Source of the DNA: Rhynchobatus australiae
Taxonomy: Eukaryota
Assembly (NCBI GenBank): GCA_034780895.1
Contig: JAUZTB010000001.1
Span: 99,975,199 to 100,039,198, forward strand
Length of the DNA: 64,000 nt
Direction: 5' to 3'
The stretch's first letter is position 1; each line of letters begins with the position of its first letter. Under the pieces are notes generated by a model. It was not told the DNA's origin, did not search any database, and saw nothing but the letters and a program-made list of their open reading frames with translations. The translations under genes were made by a program, and so were the position numbers. Shown here one piece after another: positions 1-12,656 of the stretch.

Positions 1-329
1 GTGTAAATTGATGGATATGGGAACAGAGGATGATGGGTAGCTTGGGTTTAGTGTGGGAAAAGTTATGGATGACACAGATGTGAATGACCTAAAATTCATG
101 CAGAGTGGAGAACGGGATCTTGGTCAGGACAGCACCGAAATAGTCAAACGTGGAGGGTGAAGGGATGCACAAGAGTTTCGGAGGAAGATGGACTGGGGCA
201 AAAGCTGGGAAATGAAACATTGCAGTCAGTTCTTTCCTTCTGCATCCTTCAAGATACTTGTACCTGTTTGGAGCACTCAGCCCTTTATTATCACGGGGAG
301 TTTATAGAAAAGGCACAGAAGAACCCGGC

Positions 330-645
330 GGCAGGTACTACCTTATAGCTCCAGTGACTAGAGTTCGATCCAGACCTTTGGTGCTGTCTCCACAGCACTT
401 TCATGTTCTCCCTGTGACCGTACAGGTTTCCTCTGGGTGCTCTGGTTTCCTCCCACATCCCAACGACATGCTGGTACATAGGTTAATTGACCTCTATAAT
501 TTGCTCCTAGTGTGTAGATGAGTAACAGAATCTGGGCGAGTTGATGGGAGTGTGGTGATAAATGGATTTACTGTAAATACGTGCTTGATGATAATGTGGA
601 CTCAGTAAGTTGAAGGGCCTGTTTCCATGCTTCATGACTTCATGC
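330..645 (+). mobile_element. tRNA-derived SINE, V-SINE/HE1-like
   Basis: B-box-like gagttcgatcc, V-domain core ggtttcctctgggtgctctggtttcctcccacatcc, CR1-like tail gaagggcctgtttccatgct. Confidence 0.75.
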
Positions 646-647
646 AT

Positions 648-880
648 AGGTTTTTCCAGGTACTCCAATTTCCTCTCACATCCCACAGACCTGCGGGGTG
701 GTAGGTTAATTGGCCAGGAAAGAAAATGCTCCTAATGTGTAGGCGAGAAGTATAATCTGGGAGGAGTTGACGGGAATATGGGGAGAATTTGAAACAAATG
801 GGCTTCGTTAAAATAGGTGCTTGATGGTCAGTGCAGACCTGGTGGGCTGAAAGGCTGGATTCTGCGCTGCTTGACTTTAT
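648..880 (+). mobile_element. Second, 5'-truncated V-SINE-like copy in tandem
   Basis: ggtttttccaggtactccaatttcctctcacatccc, ggtaggttaattggcc and tail ggtgggctgaaaggctggattctgcgctg parallel the copy at 330-645. Confidence 0.7.
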
Positions 881-3800
881 GAATGATGACAGGTGGAGTA
901 ATTTGTGCAGCTTTATAAATGAATCAAAGAAAGTTTATAAGGCTATTGGGATCCTAAATCATATGCTTGCCTGTTCTGCATGCTAGAAAGAGTGGGGTAT
1001 GGGGGGTGGGTCACAGGTGATTTAGTTAGGGTTTGGTGTAAGCACAAATGGGGAACCATGCATAGTTTTGATCTCCTTATCAAAAGAACAATGTTCTTCC
1101 CCAACAGATCATGCAAAGATTCACCAGATTTTTTTCCTTTGAATGAGCACTTTGTTTTATGAAGAGTGACAGAGTAGAAAGGGTTGCTAGAAAGGAGATT
1201 AAAATATAATTTCATTGGAGTAGATGTTGACTGTTTCCCTAACTGAAGAGTCTAGATCCCTGGTCTTAGGATGAAGGTGTGGACTTTTAGGACTCTCTCC
1301 CTTTCCTCATGACAAAGGGGAGGAAACAGAGGCCTTTGTATCCCTACCGAGAAAAATAATCAAGTTCTTTGCTCTCAGCAGAGCATTACTAATATAGAAT
1401 AATGCACAGAACCAGACCCAGTTTCTTCAGTATCCAGACATAAATAGCTTACCTTTGAAGTTTCTTCAAATGAATGCAACCTCAACAGCCCCCAGGAATC
1501 TGTCCATTGTCCTAATAGCTTTGTTTTAACATGGTAGAAGTTTTGCTTATTGCTGACATGTGATTGTCTGATCCTCCCCATCATTATAGAACAGGAAGTT
1601 CACGAGAGTGTCAGCTCATTTTGAACCTCAGCAACAGTAAGCAGGAGTGCTGGATGAAAAACCTCTTAGGACCTGCAGGAATGTTGTGGGGTGAGATAGA
1701 GGAGATGGGGGGGAAGCATTGTGGAAGTACATCCATGAGAACAGGAGAATCGATCCTCCCCTGCAGTGAGTGGAGGATGTGAATGAACAAGAGACTGAAT
1801 ATAAATGTGAGATGCTTCATTTCAGGGAAGGCTCACTGTGACTGGGTCTCCAATTCACATATTCTAGTTGAGAGATGTGGGGCTACCAAGATAAAAATTA
1901 TGTAGGTTCCCAAAATTAGAATGCAAGGTGATGTAAATCTGGTATCCATGGTGAGGGAAGAAATAGGAATATTCACCAAATGGGCCTTTGAATATTCAGT
2001 GAATACAATTTATTTGGCAGCAGCTCAAATTAAAACTAAAGATAGTATCTTAATTTTAGAGTAACAATGCTGAAAGATTAATGTGGAGATGGTCACTGAA
2101 GACACAAAAATCAAACATGTCCAGATGCAGAATATGGTTTAAAACAATAGGGATTAATAAGCAAATTAAAGTTAATAGAATGTTTATGTGTTCATGGTCT
2201 TAGTCAGGTTAGGCACCATGGAAAATCAATTACTTTCTCAAAGCGATTTCATAAATTGATTGGGTTCTGTACATGTGGTGCAGTAACATTGAAGTTGAAG
2301 ATCCCAGGTGCATTAAGTAGATATTCAAAGATCATAGTAGTTTAATCTTTGCAACTGTAATTTATTTTTAACAAGTGGGAGTTTAAACCTAATCTTGGAG
2401 CAATAAATCATGTTGCTGCCAAACCATTCAGCCATTACCTCTCAGTACAAGTGGTTAAATGGAATGAAGACTGGTTAAATTCAACAAAATAAAGATTGTC
2501 ATTGATCTTAACAGAGGATGAAGCTGCGATAATTTTCTTCTCCCCTTTTTCTTTTAGCCGATATAAAGGTGCAACTTTTCAAATTTCCCAAGAAAATATA
2601 GAGTGGGATGATTAACAGGTAAGTCAATCCATAATTTCCTTTATCTTTTGTGCCATTCAAGGGTTGCCACGAGATGGATGTGCTATTAAAATGATCCAAG
2701 TCTCCAGGAAAGTCAGAGCCATTTGTTAGCCGAGTCCAAATTAACAGGAAGGATCAAAATAGTTCAAACTTTTTTCATAAACTCAGACTGAAACTTTTGA
2801 GAATTGAAGATGATTTCTTTTGACATCAGTTCAATTAGAAGTTAATAACTTTGCTGTCAATGAAACAAGAAAGCTAGGAAGAAATCAACTGTCTGGGTTT
2901 ACCCAGCTAACAAAAACTGATCAGCATTTTATTTTTGGCTAAGCCATTGTTAGTAACAAATGTCCAATAATTCAGGTTTGTGTGTTGTCAACCTTTTTTT
3001 TACATTCAAGACTAAAAATTGTTTTCTCTCCGCAATGCCCTTAAAGTGATAATGGAAAAACAAAAATCAATTTGTTTCCAAGGCAACAAGCCAACCCTAT
3101 TGTGGATCTTATTAACTCTAAGATTGTGTACATTATGCTTCCAGTCTCAGTCTTTCTCCAGATAAACCTAATCTTGGTCAACACACAATAGTGATAAATT
3201 GCTCATGTCGGCTAATCTCACTATGCTGCTTACCTATAAAGTATGTCGACAGGTCAGAGATTACCTCTCTCCAACCTTTTCCAATTTACTGCTGCGCTGC
3301 AAATGGATTATCAACACACTGATGTGAATGTTAATCACTGCTACTCTTACAAACAAATGTCAGGCATGTTATTTATCACAGAATAATGAACTTAAAGCAG
3401 ACCCAGTCTGTTCAAACCACCAAGAAGTCATGAGGGCAACTGCACAGCAGTTTCAAAAACAAGAGGGGCAATGGTAGTGCTGGAGCTTACAAAGAAAAGG
3501 GCTGTAAGACTCCTATGTCTGATTCCAATTCATTACAAAATTATGAAGAAAACTTTTATTAATACAAGTGTGCCAATTTTGCTCATTGTTCTTCCAAATA
3601 AAACAATAAACTGAATTGAGCAGCTGACAGTTCTGAAGGCAGCATTGCCAGGAAAGTAAGTCCTGGACTTACTTCGACCTACTCTAAGTGCAGGACGTGC
3701 TGAGTGACAGATGCCAGTGCATCTGTCATTCTTTTCCATTGATGATTTCATTGTAGAGACCAGTGGCCTCAACATTTCTACAAATTCAATTTCTTCAGTA

Positions 3801-4599
3801 CTGGCAACTGATGCTTTTAATTAATATAACATTAAATGCATGGAACAGAAGTTCTACACACAACATGAAAATCTTCTGCATTTCGCACATTAGTTGCTTA
3901 AACTTTTAATGTCTAGAGCTTATTGTATGGATAGCATTGCAACACAAGACCAAGGTGATGATAAATAATGTTATCAGTTCACTTGGAGTGAGTTCTTTTA
4001 ATGGAGTCCAGCTATTGTTCAATCATGCGTTACTTCAGAGAACAATATACAATTAATCCTTGACCTTGAGAGTATTTGAAACCAGGGAAGAAAGTGGTAG
4101 CATAGTGATACAGTTGTAGAAAACGGAATATATTTTACACTGTGATAAACTGAAAGAATAACTTTGTATTACATTGTACCATCTTCTTTCTTAGTGATAT
4201 TCACATCAAGAACATAAATTGCAATGCATGAGAAAAATGGACTTGGCCAATTGTTATGTTAGAGAAATGCTGTTAAAATGTTTTGTACAGCTCACGTACT
4301 TCATTGATGAAGAATAATTCACATCAAACTTAAATAGAAATATTTTGTAATGTTATTATCTATAATCAAAGATTAAAAATCAAGCATTATGACTGATTAT
4401 TTCCACATTGTTAAAAGTAACCACGTTCAGTAATTACATAATTTGAGAGCGAGGTTATCGTGTCAGTTAGGTTGTGGATAGGTGCTTCAGAAGTGAAACC
4501 ATTTTGTGAAAGGTGAGTAGCATCTTGCATGAACAATTTTCTGTAAAATGGTCTTACAATAATCAGACTAATGTGTTTTGTGAGTGGGAGGTAAAGAAT

Positions 4600-4920
4600 A
4601 AGTTATAACAATGGGCCATTTATATAAATTAACAATGGGCCATTTATATAAAGCACCATTATGGTAACAAATTTAGGTCACATTTTGTGGCAAGGTGTTT
4701 TCTAGGAGCATTACAACAGAAAACTGTTCAATGAAGTACTAAAGAAGTTCTTAGGAGAGTTGGCTGAAAGCTTGTTCACAAAGATGGCTTTTAAAGGAGA
4801 TCAGGAAATACTCAAAGGAAAGAAATCTAGATGTTAGAGCTAAGGCAGCTGAAGACGCAGCAGTCAAAGGGGGAATGATTAAAATCACAAATGCACCAAG
4901 AAGGCAGAACTAGACTAAGA
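4600..4920 (-). mobile_element. Degenerate L2-like LINE 3' end
   Basis: catttatataaagcacc / gaaagcttgttcacaaagatggcttttaaagga / ctaaggcagctgaagac resemble reverse-complement L2 tails; similar to 59330-59900. Confidence 0.45.
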
Positions 4921-5149
4921 TAAAAGAGCTGAAGAGGTTACATTGATTTGGGGGCATGAGCCACTGCAGGCCATCAATTTGTTGCCCAAGCCTGATAGGA
5001 AGGGAAGAAATTTCAACTTTATTTCAAACTTATTCATGAACTCTGCAGCACTGAGCAGATATAATATGAAGCTCTCCTTACACTGCTCTGTAAAATGTTT
5101 TATTTCAGCAATCCATTCCCATCTCATGCACAGCTGGAACTTCGACTTT

Positions 5150-6240
5150 TTACAGAGTCATTGAGTTGTGCAGAAAAGGGCCTTTTGGCCCACCACATCC
5201 ATGCCAACTTTTTTTCCCATCTACATGAATACCACTTGCCCACATTTAGGTCTGTATCCTCCTATGTCTTGCCTATTCGAGTGATTATCGAAACTTCTCT
5301 TAAATGTAGTGATTGTATCTGATTCCACCACCTCCTTTGGCAACAAGTTCCAGATATCAAACATGCTCGGTGTAAAAAAAACTTACCCTTCAAATCCTCT
5401 TCAGAACTCCTTCCTCTCACCTCAAAGCTAATCCCTCTTGTTTTTGATACCCTTACCACGGGAAAAATATTTTGACTATCTATCCTATCAATGCCCCTTA
5501 TAATTTTGTATGTTTTTATCAGGTCACTCTTCAACCTCCTTCGCTCCAGAGAAAAGAAGTCCAGCCTATCCAATCTCTCCCTGTAACTCAGGTCCTCCAA
5601 TCCAGGCAATATCCTGATGAATCTCCTCTGCATCCTCTCCAGTGCAACCAAATACTTGCTGGAGTGTGGTGAGCAGAACAGTGCATAATACACAAAATGC
5701 AATCTAACCAGTTTTGTAAAGCTGCAACATAATCTCCCAACTTTTATATTCCATGCCCCGACCTAGGAAGGCAAGTATGCCTTATGCCTTCTTCAGCACC
5801 CTCTCAATCTGTGTTGCCACTTTCAGGGAACTATGATCCTAAGGTCTCTCTGTTCATCAACATTCTCAGTGCCTTACCATTTACTGAATACTTCCTAACC
5901 CTATTAGACTTCACAAAATACATAACCTGCCTAATCTTTGCCAGAACATGCTGTCCCTGAACTCCTGCCAGCTCTCTTTTAAAAGACTCCCACTTCTCTG
6001 CCATTGTTTTACCCACAATCATATGTTCCCAATCTACTTGATCTTCTCTTGCACTATTGAAAATAGCCTTTCACCAATTCATGACTTGAAACTTACAGAA
6101 TTATAGTCACTGTTCCCAAAGTGTTCCACCACTGATACTTTCACCACCTGCCCAGTTTCATTTTCTAAGATAAGCCTGAGTACTGCTGCATCTCTGGTGG
6201 GACTATATTGTCTCAAAAAACTTTCTTGAACGTACCTAAC
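5150..6240 (-). mobile_element. CR1 (HER1-like) LINE, degraded ORF2 C-terminus and 3' UTR
   Basis: ORF 5262-5702 ALERMQRRFIRILPGLEDLSYRERLDRLDFFSLERRRLKSDLIKTYKIIRGIDRID is the classic CR1 ORF2 C-terminus; further remnants to ~6240. Confidence 0.92.
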
Positions 6241-6545
6241 AAATTCTTATGTCCAAATATCTAGGCAATCTAGACTGTTCATTAAGAATGAATCAAAGTA
6301 TTTTCCATTATTATATCATGCCTTCTGGTTGGAGTGTCTGCATCCAAAATCTTAAACATTTTGAGAGAGAGGACCTTTTTTGGTCTTTAGCTCAGTTCCA
6401 ACAACAAAATGCACCTTAACCACTGTGCTCTACAGGCATAACAACTCTATAAATTATAAAATTGCAATGATTTTCATTTATTTTTAAAGCACACACACAC
6501 AAATGAACAAAATGTCTTATCAACAAAACTCATAATTGGTCTTAC

Positions 6546-6730
6546 CTCTTTTTCAAACAACATTACCAAATATTGGTGAAGTCATCATTAACACTCTAGA
6601 GCTTTTGAACATGTTCAGCTGGGACACAACATGAGTTACATCATGATGCACAACAGGAGTGACCATTAATCTAGTTTAGATAACCTTTGTCTTTATGCTA
6701 CATTCAGTTGAGAAAACAGACATGTTATTT
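6546..6730 (-). other. Candidate poison (PTC) cassette exon in NOVA1 intron 4
   Basis: Branch point CACUAAC (A at -20), pyrimidine tract cauuuugccuuuugucag, exon begins AAA UAA, strong donor GAG|guaaga; 185 nt. Confidence 0.45.
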
Positions 6731-7134
6731 CTGACAAAAGGCAAAATGGTTAGTGAAGGGAAAACTGGAAACAAAAAGGCACAGAGACAAGGATGTATAC
6801 TCTGCTCTTACCAGAGACAGTCAATCAGTTAAAGCAAAAGCCTACAATACTGCAGGCAGAAGTTCTATAATAAGCAGCATCATACTTTTGCTGTGGNNNN
6901 NNNNNNNNNNNNNNNNNNNNNNNNNNNNNNNNNNNNNNNNNNNNNNNNNNNNNNNNNNNNNNNNNNNNNNNNNNNNNNNNNNNNNNNNNNNNNNNNAAGC
7001 AGCATCATACTTTTGCTGTGGAATTAGCACTCCAGTCTAATCTAAAGCTAGTTATTAACATATGTACCTGTTACAAAATATTCAAGTCCAGGAAAGGCCT
7101 CCTTCCCAGCGTGGCTGCACAATGTTCTCTATAC

Positions 7135-7240
7135 CTGTGAAAGTATGGTGTAGATGGTAGATGATACTGTACCTGATTGGCTCTGGTGGTGGTCATGGGG
7201 TCAGATGGAGAGGACTTGGTGGTAGTTGGGGAAGATGGCA
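7135..7240 (-). promoter_or_regulatory. YCAY cluster (NOVA-binding splicing element) across exon 4 and the start of the following intron
   Basis: Pre-mRNA has CCAU, CCAC, CCAU, CCAU, CCAC, CCAC in the exon and UCAU, CCAU, CCAU, UCAC in the first ~38 intronic nt (guacaguaUCAUcuaCCAUcuacaCCAUacuuUCAC). Confidence 0.8.
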
Positions 7241-7244
7241 ATGT
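7173..7244 (-). CDS. NOVA1: NOVA1 72-nt alternatively spliced cassette exon (exon 4 / exon H)
   Basis: ttgctttattcccag|ACATTGCCA...GCCAATCAG|gtacag; 72 nt, phase 0-0; encodes TLPSSPTTTKSSPSDPMTTTRANQ (mammalian TLPSSPTTTKSSPSDPMTTSRANQ); 5.2 kb downstream of the preceding exon. Confidence 0.96.
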
Positions 7245-8959
7245 CTGGGAATAAAGCAATTCAGGAGGAAATCACCAACCTTAAGCCTTATACTGAACAA
7301 TCCCAATGCAATAAATTGCAAACAGTCCAAGGTAGCTTAGCTTGGCTAATACATTAGTTATTATTTCCATAATTATTCATTCATAACCAGCCTATGCCAA
7401 TGAAGGATGGATGAGATTTACGATGAAGAGCTGGTGTCTAACTTATTAAGTCATTATGCCTTTTCAATAGGTTCAAATAGATTATACCTTTTCAATATTT
7501 TTCAATTATTGCTACCTACTGTGGCTGTTGGAGCACAGAATAAATATACAGCCATCTCTGCTCTTTGAGCACAAATATGAATAATTTCGAGCAAATTCTT
7601 GAACAACATTTCTCTGTAAACATTTCTGAAAAAATATTTCCTGAACACACTGTTTTGAGCTAGACTCACATTGGAGCAACATGCTTTATCAATTCAAATG
7701 CCAGGTAAATGCCACTAGACCATTCAAACAGTTGTAGGATAGCATTTCAACTGATCTGGTGGGGCATTCCTTGGCATTGAATAGAATATCAATTATTGGC
7801 TAAAGTACAGCTCCACAATCAAATGATTTACAATAAAGTTATACAGATTGATGCATGGTATGAAGAGATTGCACTATAAATCAGTTTATCAATGCCAAAT
7901 AAAAATACAAATTTGTGAGGCTGGGAAATAATTTGTCAATATCCCATTATTCCAAAATATTTTGTGAAAATTAAAACTCAAAACAGTTTTAAATCATTAT
8001 TACATGAACATCAAAGGGTAATTAAGTTTAGAAATAAATCACTCTTAGCATTATTTGATTTTCTCTGAAATCAACATACAAAATCAGCTTTGCTTGCCAC
8101 ATTTCTAAAGTTTTACTTGTGCTGCAGAAATGTTATTCAAAAGGACTAAAGGAAGACTGTCTGCAAAAAAAAGAATCTCTTTAGTTTGCAAAATAACTTT
8201 TCCCAAACCCCCTTTCATTTTAAAATGTCATCTGTCAACACTGTGGGAAATTTGCATGCAAATTTTTCATTAGTCAGGTAGCCATACCTTGAAGGAGTAG
8301 CCACATAACAAATATACAACGGAGTTTATACGATTTTCAGATGGGAAGTAAAGAAATTCTGTTAAAACTTAGAGATCTTTGTTGTAGATAATAATTTCAG
8401 AAACAGTTTAGTGAAAATCATGCCCACAACGCAAAAGATAGGTAATACTAAAATGATTCTTCCTTGTAAATGGAGAGTAGGAAGGGGAAATATAACCAAA
8501 TTATAGTCCAGGATGTCTCCTGAAGTGACATGATCACCAGGGCTCTGTTGGGATGTCAAGTTGATGAGTAATACCAATGTCACATGTCTCTGTTAGCAGA
8601 TTAGGCTGCAGGATACCTGTTGATGTTTTAGCTGCAGCAGTAGTTGTTTAAAGGTTTTCTTTTCTATTGCAGTCAGTATCTATCCATTTGTGTTCCTGTT
8701 TTCACTGCAGCTTTGAGATAGGTTTTCAACCCTTTAGGTTTTCAACCCTTTTCAATTACTTGAGATGCTTCCAGAAGCGAAAATGGATCTCTTGAGCACT
8801 GGTATTAAGAATTTGGAAGAAAATCTTTGCACGTTTAGTTTGCCCATCATTCCAGCTGCTTTTCAGCTACAAGGACTCTCTGTTCTCTGGTCTCTTATCT
8901 CCAATCCACCTAGAATATTGACAACTGAGAATATTGATACACTAAAATTCTTAGGGGGC

Positions 8960-9412
8960 TTGATGGACCATATGCAGGGATGATGTTTCCTCTGGCCAGG
9001 GTGTCTAGAACTAGGAATCACTGTCTTAAAATAAAGGGTCATCCATTTAGGATTGAAATGAGAGAAGTTTCCTTCACCAAGACTGTTGTGATTCTTCAGC
9101 ATTTTCTGCCTCAGAAGGCTGTGGAAGTTCAGTTGTTAGAAATATTCAAGACAGAGACTGACAGACTTTTCGATATTAAGAGCATCACAGGATATGGGAT
9201 GAGTGTAGGAAAATGACACTGAGGTAAAAGATCAACCATGATGTTATTGAATTNNNNNNNNNNNNNNNNNNNNNNNNNNNNNNNNNNNNNNNNNNNNNNN
9301 NNNNNNNNNNNNNNNNNNNNNNNNNNNNNNNNNNNNNNNNNNNNNNNNNNNNNTTGAATTCTGGAGCAGGCTTGGCGGATCAAATGTCCTACTCCTGTTT
9401 GTACTTCTTGTG
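8960..9412 (+). mobile_element. CR1 LINE 3' end (spans gap)
   Basis: MFPLARVSRTRNHCLKIKGHPFRIEMREVSFTKTVV...LPQKAVEV; tail agatcaaccatgatgttattgaa...caaatgtcctactcctgtt. Confidence 0.88.
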
Positions 9413-9739
9413 ATCTTAAAAAAGAAATAAAAGGCAGTACTGGAAATGGCAAGATAATAAATCTCAAACAACGATAAATCTGGTCTTCCATTTTGTGGGC
9501 AATGTCTCACATAATTTCATCTTAATAATTGTTGTACAAAATAGTTACATTTTCCCTGATGCGATGCTCCTGGCTTCACAAAACGGAAATGATGATGAGG
9601 TCCATGGTCTGTTAAGGGAATGAATATATGAACTCTTTTCCTCAATCACGATGTAAAAAATGGATATTCCTGCTTTGGAGACCAGAGGGTTTTCCCCAGG
9701 ATTGCAAAGATTAACATTGGTGATTCCAACTATTCTGTG

Positions 9740-9930
9740 GATTACTTCACTGTCCTAAATTTTCTTTGGACATGCCTCCTGTACCTTATTCTTCCTCTTT
9801 TGCACTATTTATTTATTTACGTAACTTACAGTCATGTTTATATCTTTATGTCTTGCACTGTACTGTACTGCTGCCGCAAAACAACAAATTTTATGACATA
9901 TGTCAGTGAGAATAAACCTGATTCTGATTC
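9740..9930 (+). mobile_element. Rex1/Babar-like LINE 3' tail
   Basis: tgcactgtactgtactgctgccgcaaaacaacaaattttatgacatatgtcagtgagaataaacctgattctgattc with terminal (ctgatt)n repeat. Confidence 0.6.
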
Positions 9931-12489
9931 AACAGTGAACATGGGAGATTTTCCATACAATAAAAATGTAATTCCCTGTACGAAATATGTTGATGCTGCC
10001 TCTCATAGCAGTTTTAATGCAGATCGATTTAATATTTGGGAAGCTGCAGTTGAATATTGGTTGAATGATTATAGACTTCCTACAAATTGTTATAGTGGAT
10101 AAGTTTTCCTTTGGTCACTTGTACTAAATGCACAATGTAGTTATGTATGTACACCAAGCTCCAATTAAGAAATCCCATTCCATTATCATTAATGAAACTG
10201 AATTTTGGAAGAGTAGTTCAAATGCAGTTAATTGTGCAAACAACACATGTGACTGAAATCTAATTCTATGCCCCCTTGTCTTTGGCTAGATCCAATGGTA
10301 GCATTGGATACCCAGTCTCTAGAAATTTAAGGTGAAGGTTCCAGCATTGCTGCTGGAAGGTAAACCGGTAAAAAAGCAAAGTTGATTCCCAATACTTGAA
10401 TGTTTTTGCACAAACCACTGTTACCACAAAATTGCAATAAAGTCACTTAAAGGGATCCCAAATGTTATACATAAAGTGTGGACACATGTTGGGATATCGA
10501 ACATCCAAGAAGAGTTGGTAATACTATGGATACAACTTTACATGGCTCTTACAGTTTTCGTTTGGAATGGGGGTCATGAGACATCAGTAGAGGCCCCACG
10601 CATTACTAAAACAACTGCATTCTCTTAAATATTTCACAACAAATTAATCAACTTGTCTGTCTGAAAATCATCTTGTTTTTTTTCATTATTTGTGTGCCTG
10701 TTGGGTTGCTATGGCCAGAAAGTTTATATTTTCAATGTATGTGAAATCATATATAATGCTTTAACTCAGATTGTCTTCTTCCAGTCAAATGATTGCTAAG
10801 TGTTAAATCTAGACATGATAAAAAAAACTCCCAACATCAAATATGAATATTTTCATCTCAAAAACAATCTTCACTAGTTAGTTTTATTTTAAATCCTTGA
10901 AATTGCTCCTGATGGGTGCCAAATGGGAGCAAATCACGTGACAGGAAATTGGTAATATTCAAGAGCTATGCCAAAGATTTCACTCTGATTTTTTATATAG
11001 TTAACAGGAAGAGTCATTGATACAAGATTATTAATGAGTTATTAGTGATTTTGTACTTACTTAAAACACAGAATAGTATGACCCCCAAAACACTGCTTTT
11101 GATATGCAACATATTATTGAAGCCTTTAATGAAATGTATACATTTTGCCAATTTTCCTCATTTGTGTGCTCTGCTTGATTTCAAAATACTGTTAATTCAA
11201 GTGGACGCAGTTCATTGGCTCTCCATGACGCGATGAGTGGGACTAAAAACATAGTATTATGGTGGGCTGCAGCTTCTACCCAATGCTCTTTGAAGCTGAA
11301 ATTGCACTGTGGTTCGAAAATGGTACTGCACTTCTTTATTTCACTGATGTGCATATTTTCCTTAAAACAAAGTTCTGAAATGAATCGCTTTATGATTTTA
11401 AAGCTATTGGCATTCCTACTGAGCAACTGAAAGTCACTGCTGTCCTTGTGCAATGAATAAGATACTGAATGCATTCACAATTTCATTATATTGTAGACTT
11501 CATCTAAATCATCCACTGTTCTAAACACTATTTTAAAATTTCTCAATTGTTGATTTTGTTTTAAATAATCCTTTACAAATGGCAATTCATATTTTTTTTA
11601 TATTGCACAGTTGCTTCTGTGGAACAATGAGTGACATCAAAGGCTGTAAAGGAAATCCTCACTGCAGCACATTCAAGACCATAAATGAATGATACTGCAG
11701 TACAAAACAAAATATTTCAGATAGGAATCATTTTCAAAAGGAATGATTGCTTCTGAACCTGTACTGTGCTAAATAATAATGACATAACGGGAAAAATAGC
11801 TGGTTCAATTTACAGGGACAGCAAGAAAATTATGATAAACTCATCTTGTAATATGATGCTAAGGAAAAGTGCATTACTGATTTAATGTTATATGAAAAGG
11901 TAGCAGTTCTGAACAATTGTCACTGACTAGATAAGCAGATGTGTAAACTACAAGAAATGTATTACCTTTTTTTTAAATTAAAAAGGGTTTCCATTGACTA
12001 CATGTTTATTTACACAAAAACATTGCAGACAGTCTTCCTTTAACAATATGTTTAATTAACACAATTAATAAACCTACTTAAATTTATGCATTCATATAGA
12101 TCAAGGCTCAAACTGAGGATAATCAGCAAGAAAATTGTTCACGTGGTAGAAATACCTAACTTTCTTCCATTTCTTGGAACTATACTAACTATTATTACAC
12201 ATAAATAATGAACACAGGCTTGGGAAGATGATAGGAGCTACCGGAGTGGCTCATTAATTGATCACCTCATCAAATATGTTGCAGGCAAACAGGCGCTTAT
12301 GTTAAATTTCTGACAAAACAATCTTAATGAGTTCCCTCTGTGACTGAGTAGACTTGTAATTTAAGTTAACATTGTTCTACTTGCTACCTGACAAATTGAT
12401 TTGTTACTATGCTCTTCCCCCACCACTATTTGTGTATGCTCATTCAAATTCAAACAATATTCTAATTTTAAACACTATCAGTAACTTAC

Positions 12490-12656
12490 TTGTTTGATAC
12501 GATCTGGGTTCACTGTGGTCTGAGGCTGCAGAATACTAACTGGTTCTGTCTTTGCCACATTCTGAGGCATTTCTCGGATTTTCTCTGCAATGAAGCTGTG
12601 AACTGCATTCAGAGCTTCCACTGTTCCCTGGATCAGACATACCCGCTCTGTCGTAC
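12490..12656 (-). CDS. NOVA1: NOVA1 internal coding exon (equivalent of human exon 3; C-terminal half of KH1 plus linker)
   Basis: Minus strand ...ttctctgcag|GTACGACAGAG...ATCAAACAA|gtaagt; 167 nt, phase 1 to phase 0; translates (G)[55 protein letters not shown], near-identical to vertebrate NOVA1 as I recall it. Confidence 0.97.

Noticed and set aside
1440-1580. Strong minus-strand donor AAG|GUAAGC (exon end 1453) as a possible exon
   Set aside because: No convincing upstream pyrimidine tract or acceptor, and no NOVA-like peptide
6872-7021. Direct repeats flanking N gaps (aagcagcatcatacttttgctgtgg; also at ~9250/9354, ~30155/30264, ~57300/57413)
   Set aside because: Identical sequence on both sides of ~100-N gaps indicates unmerged contig overlaps, an assembly artefact
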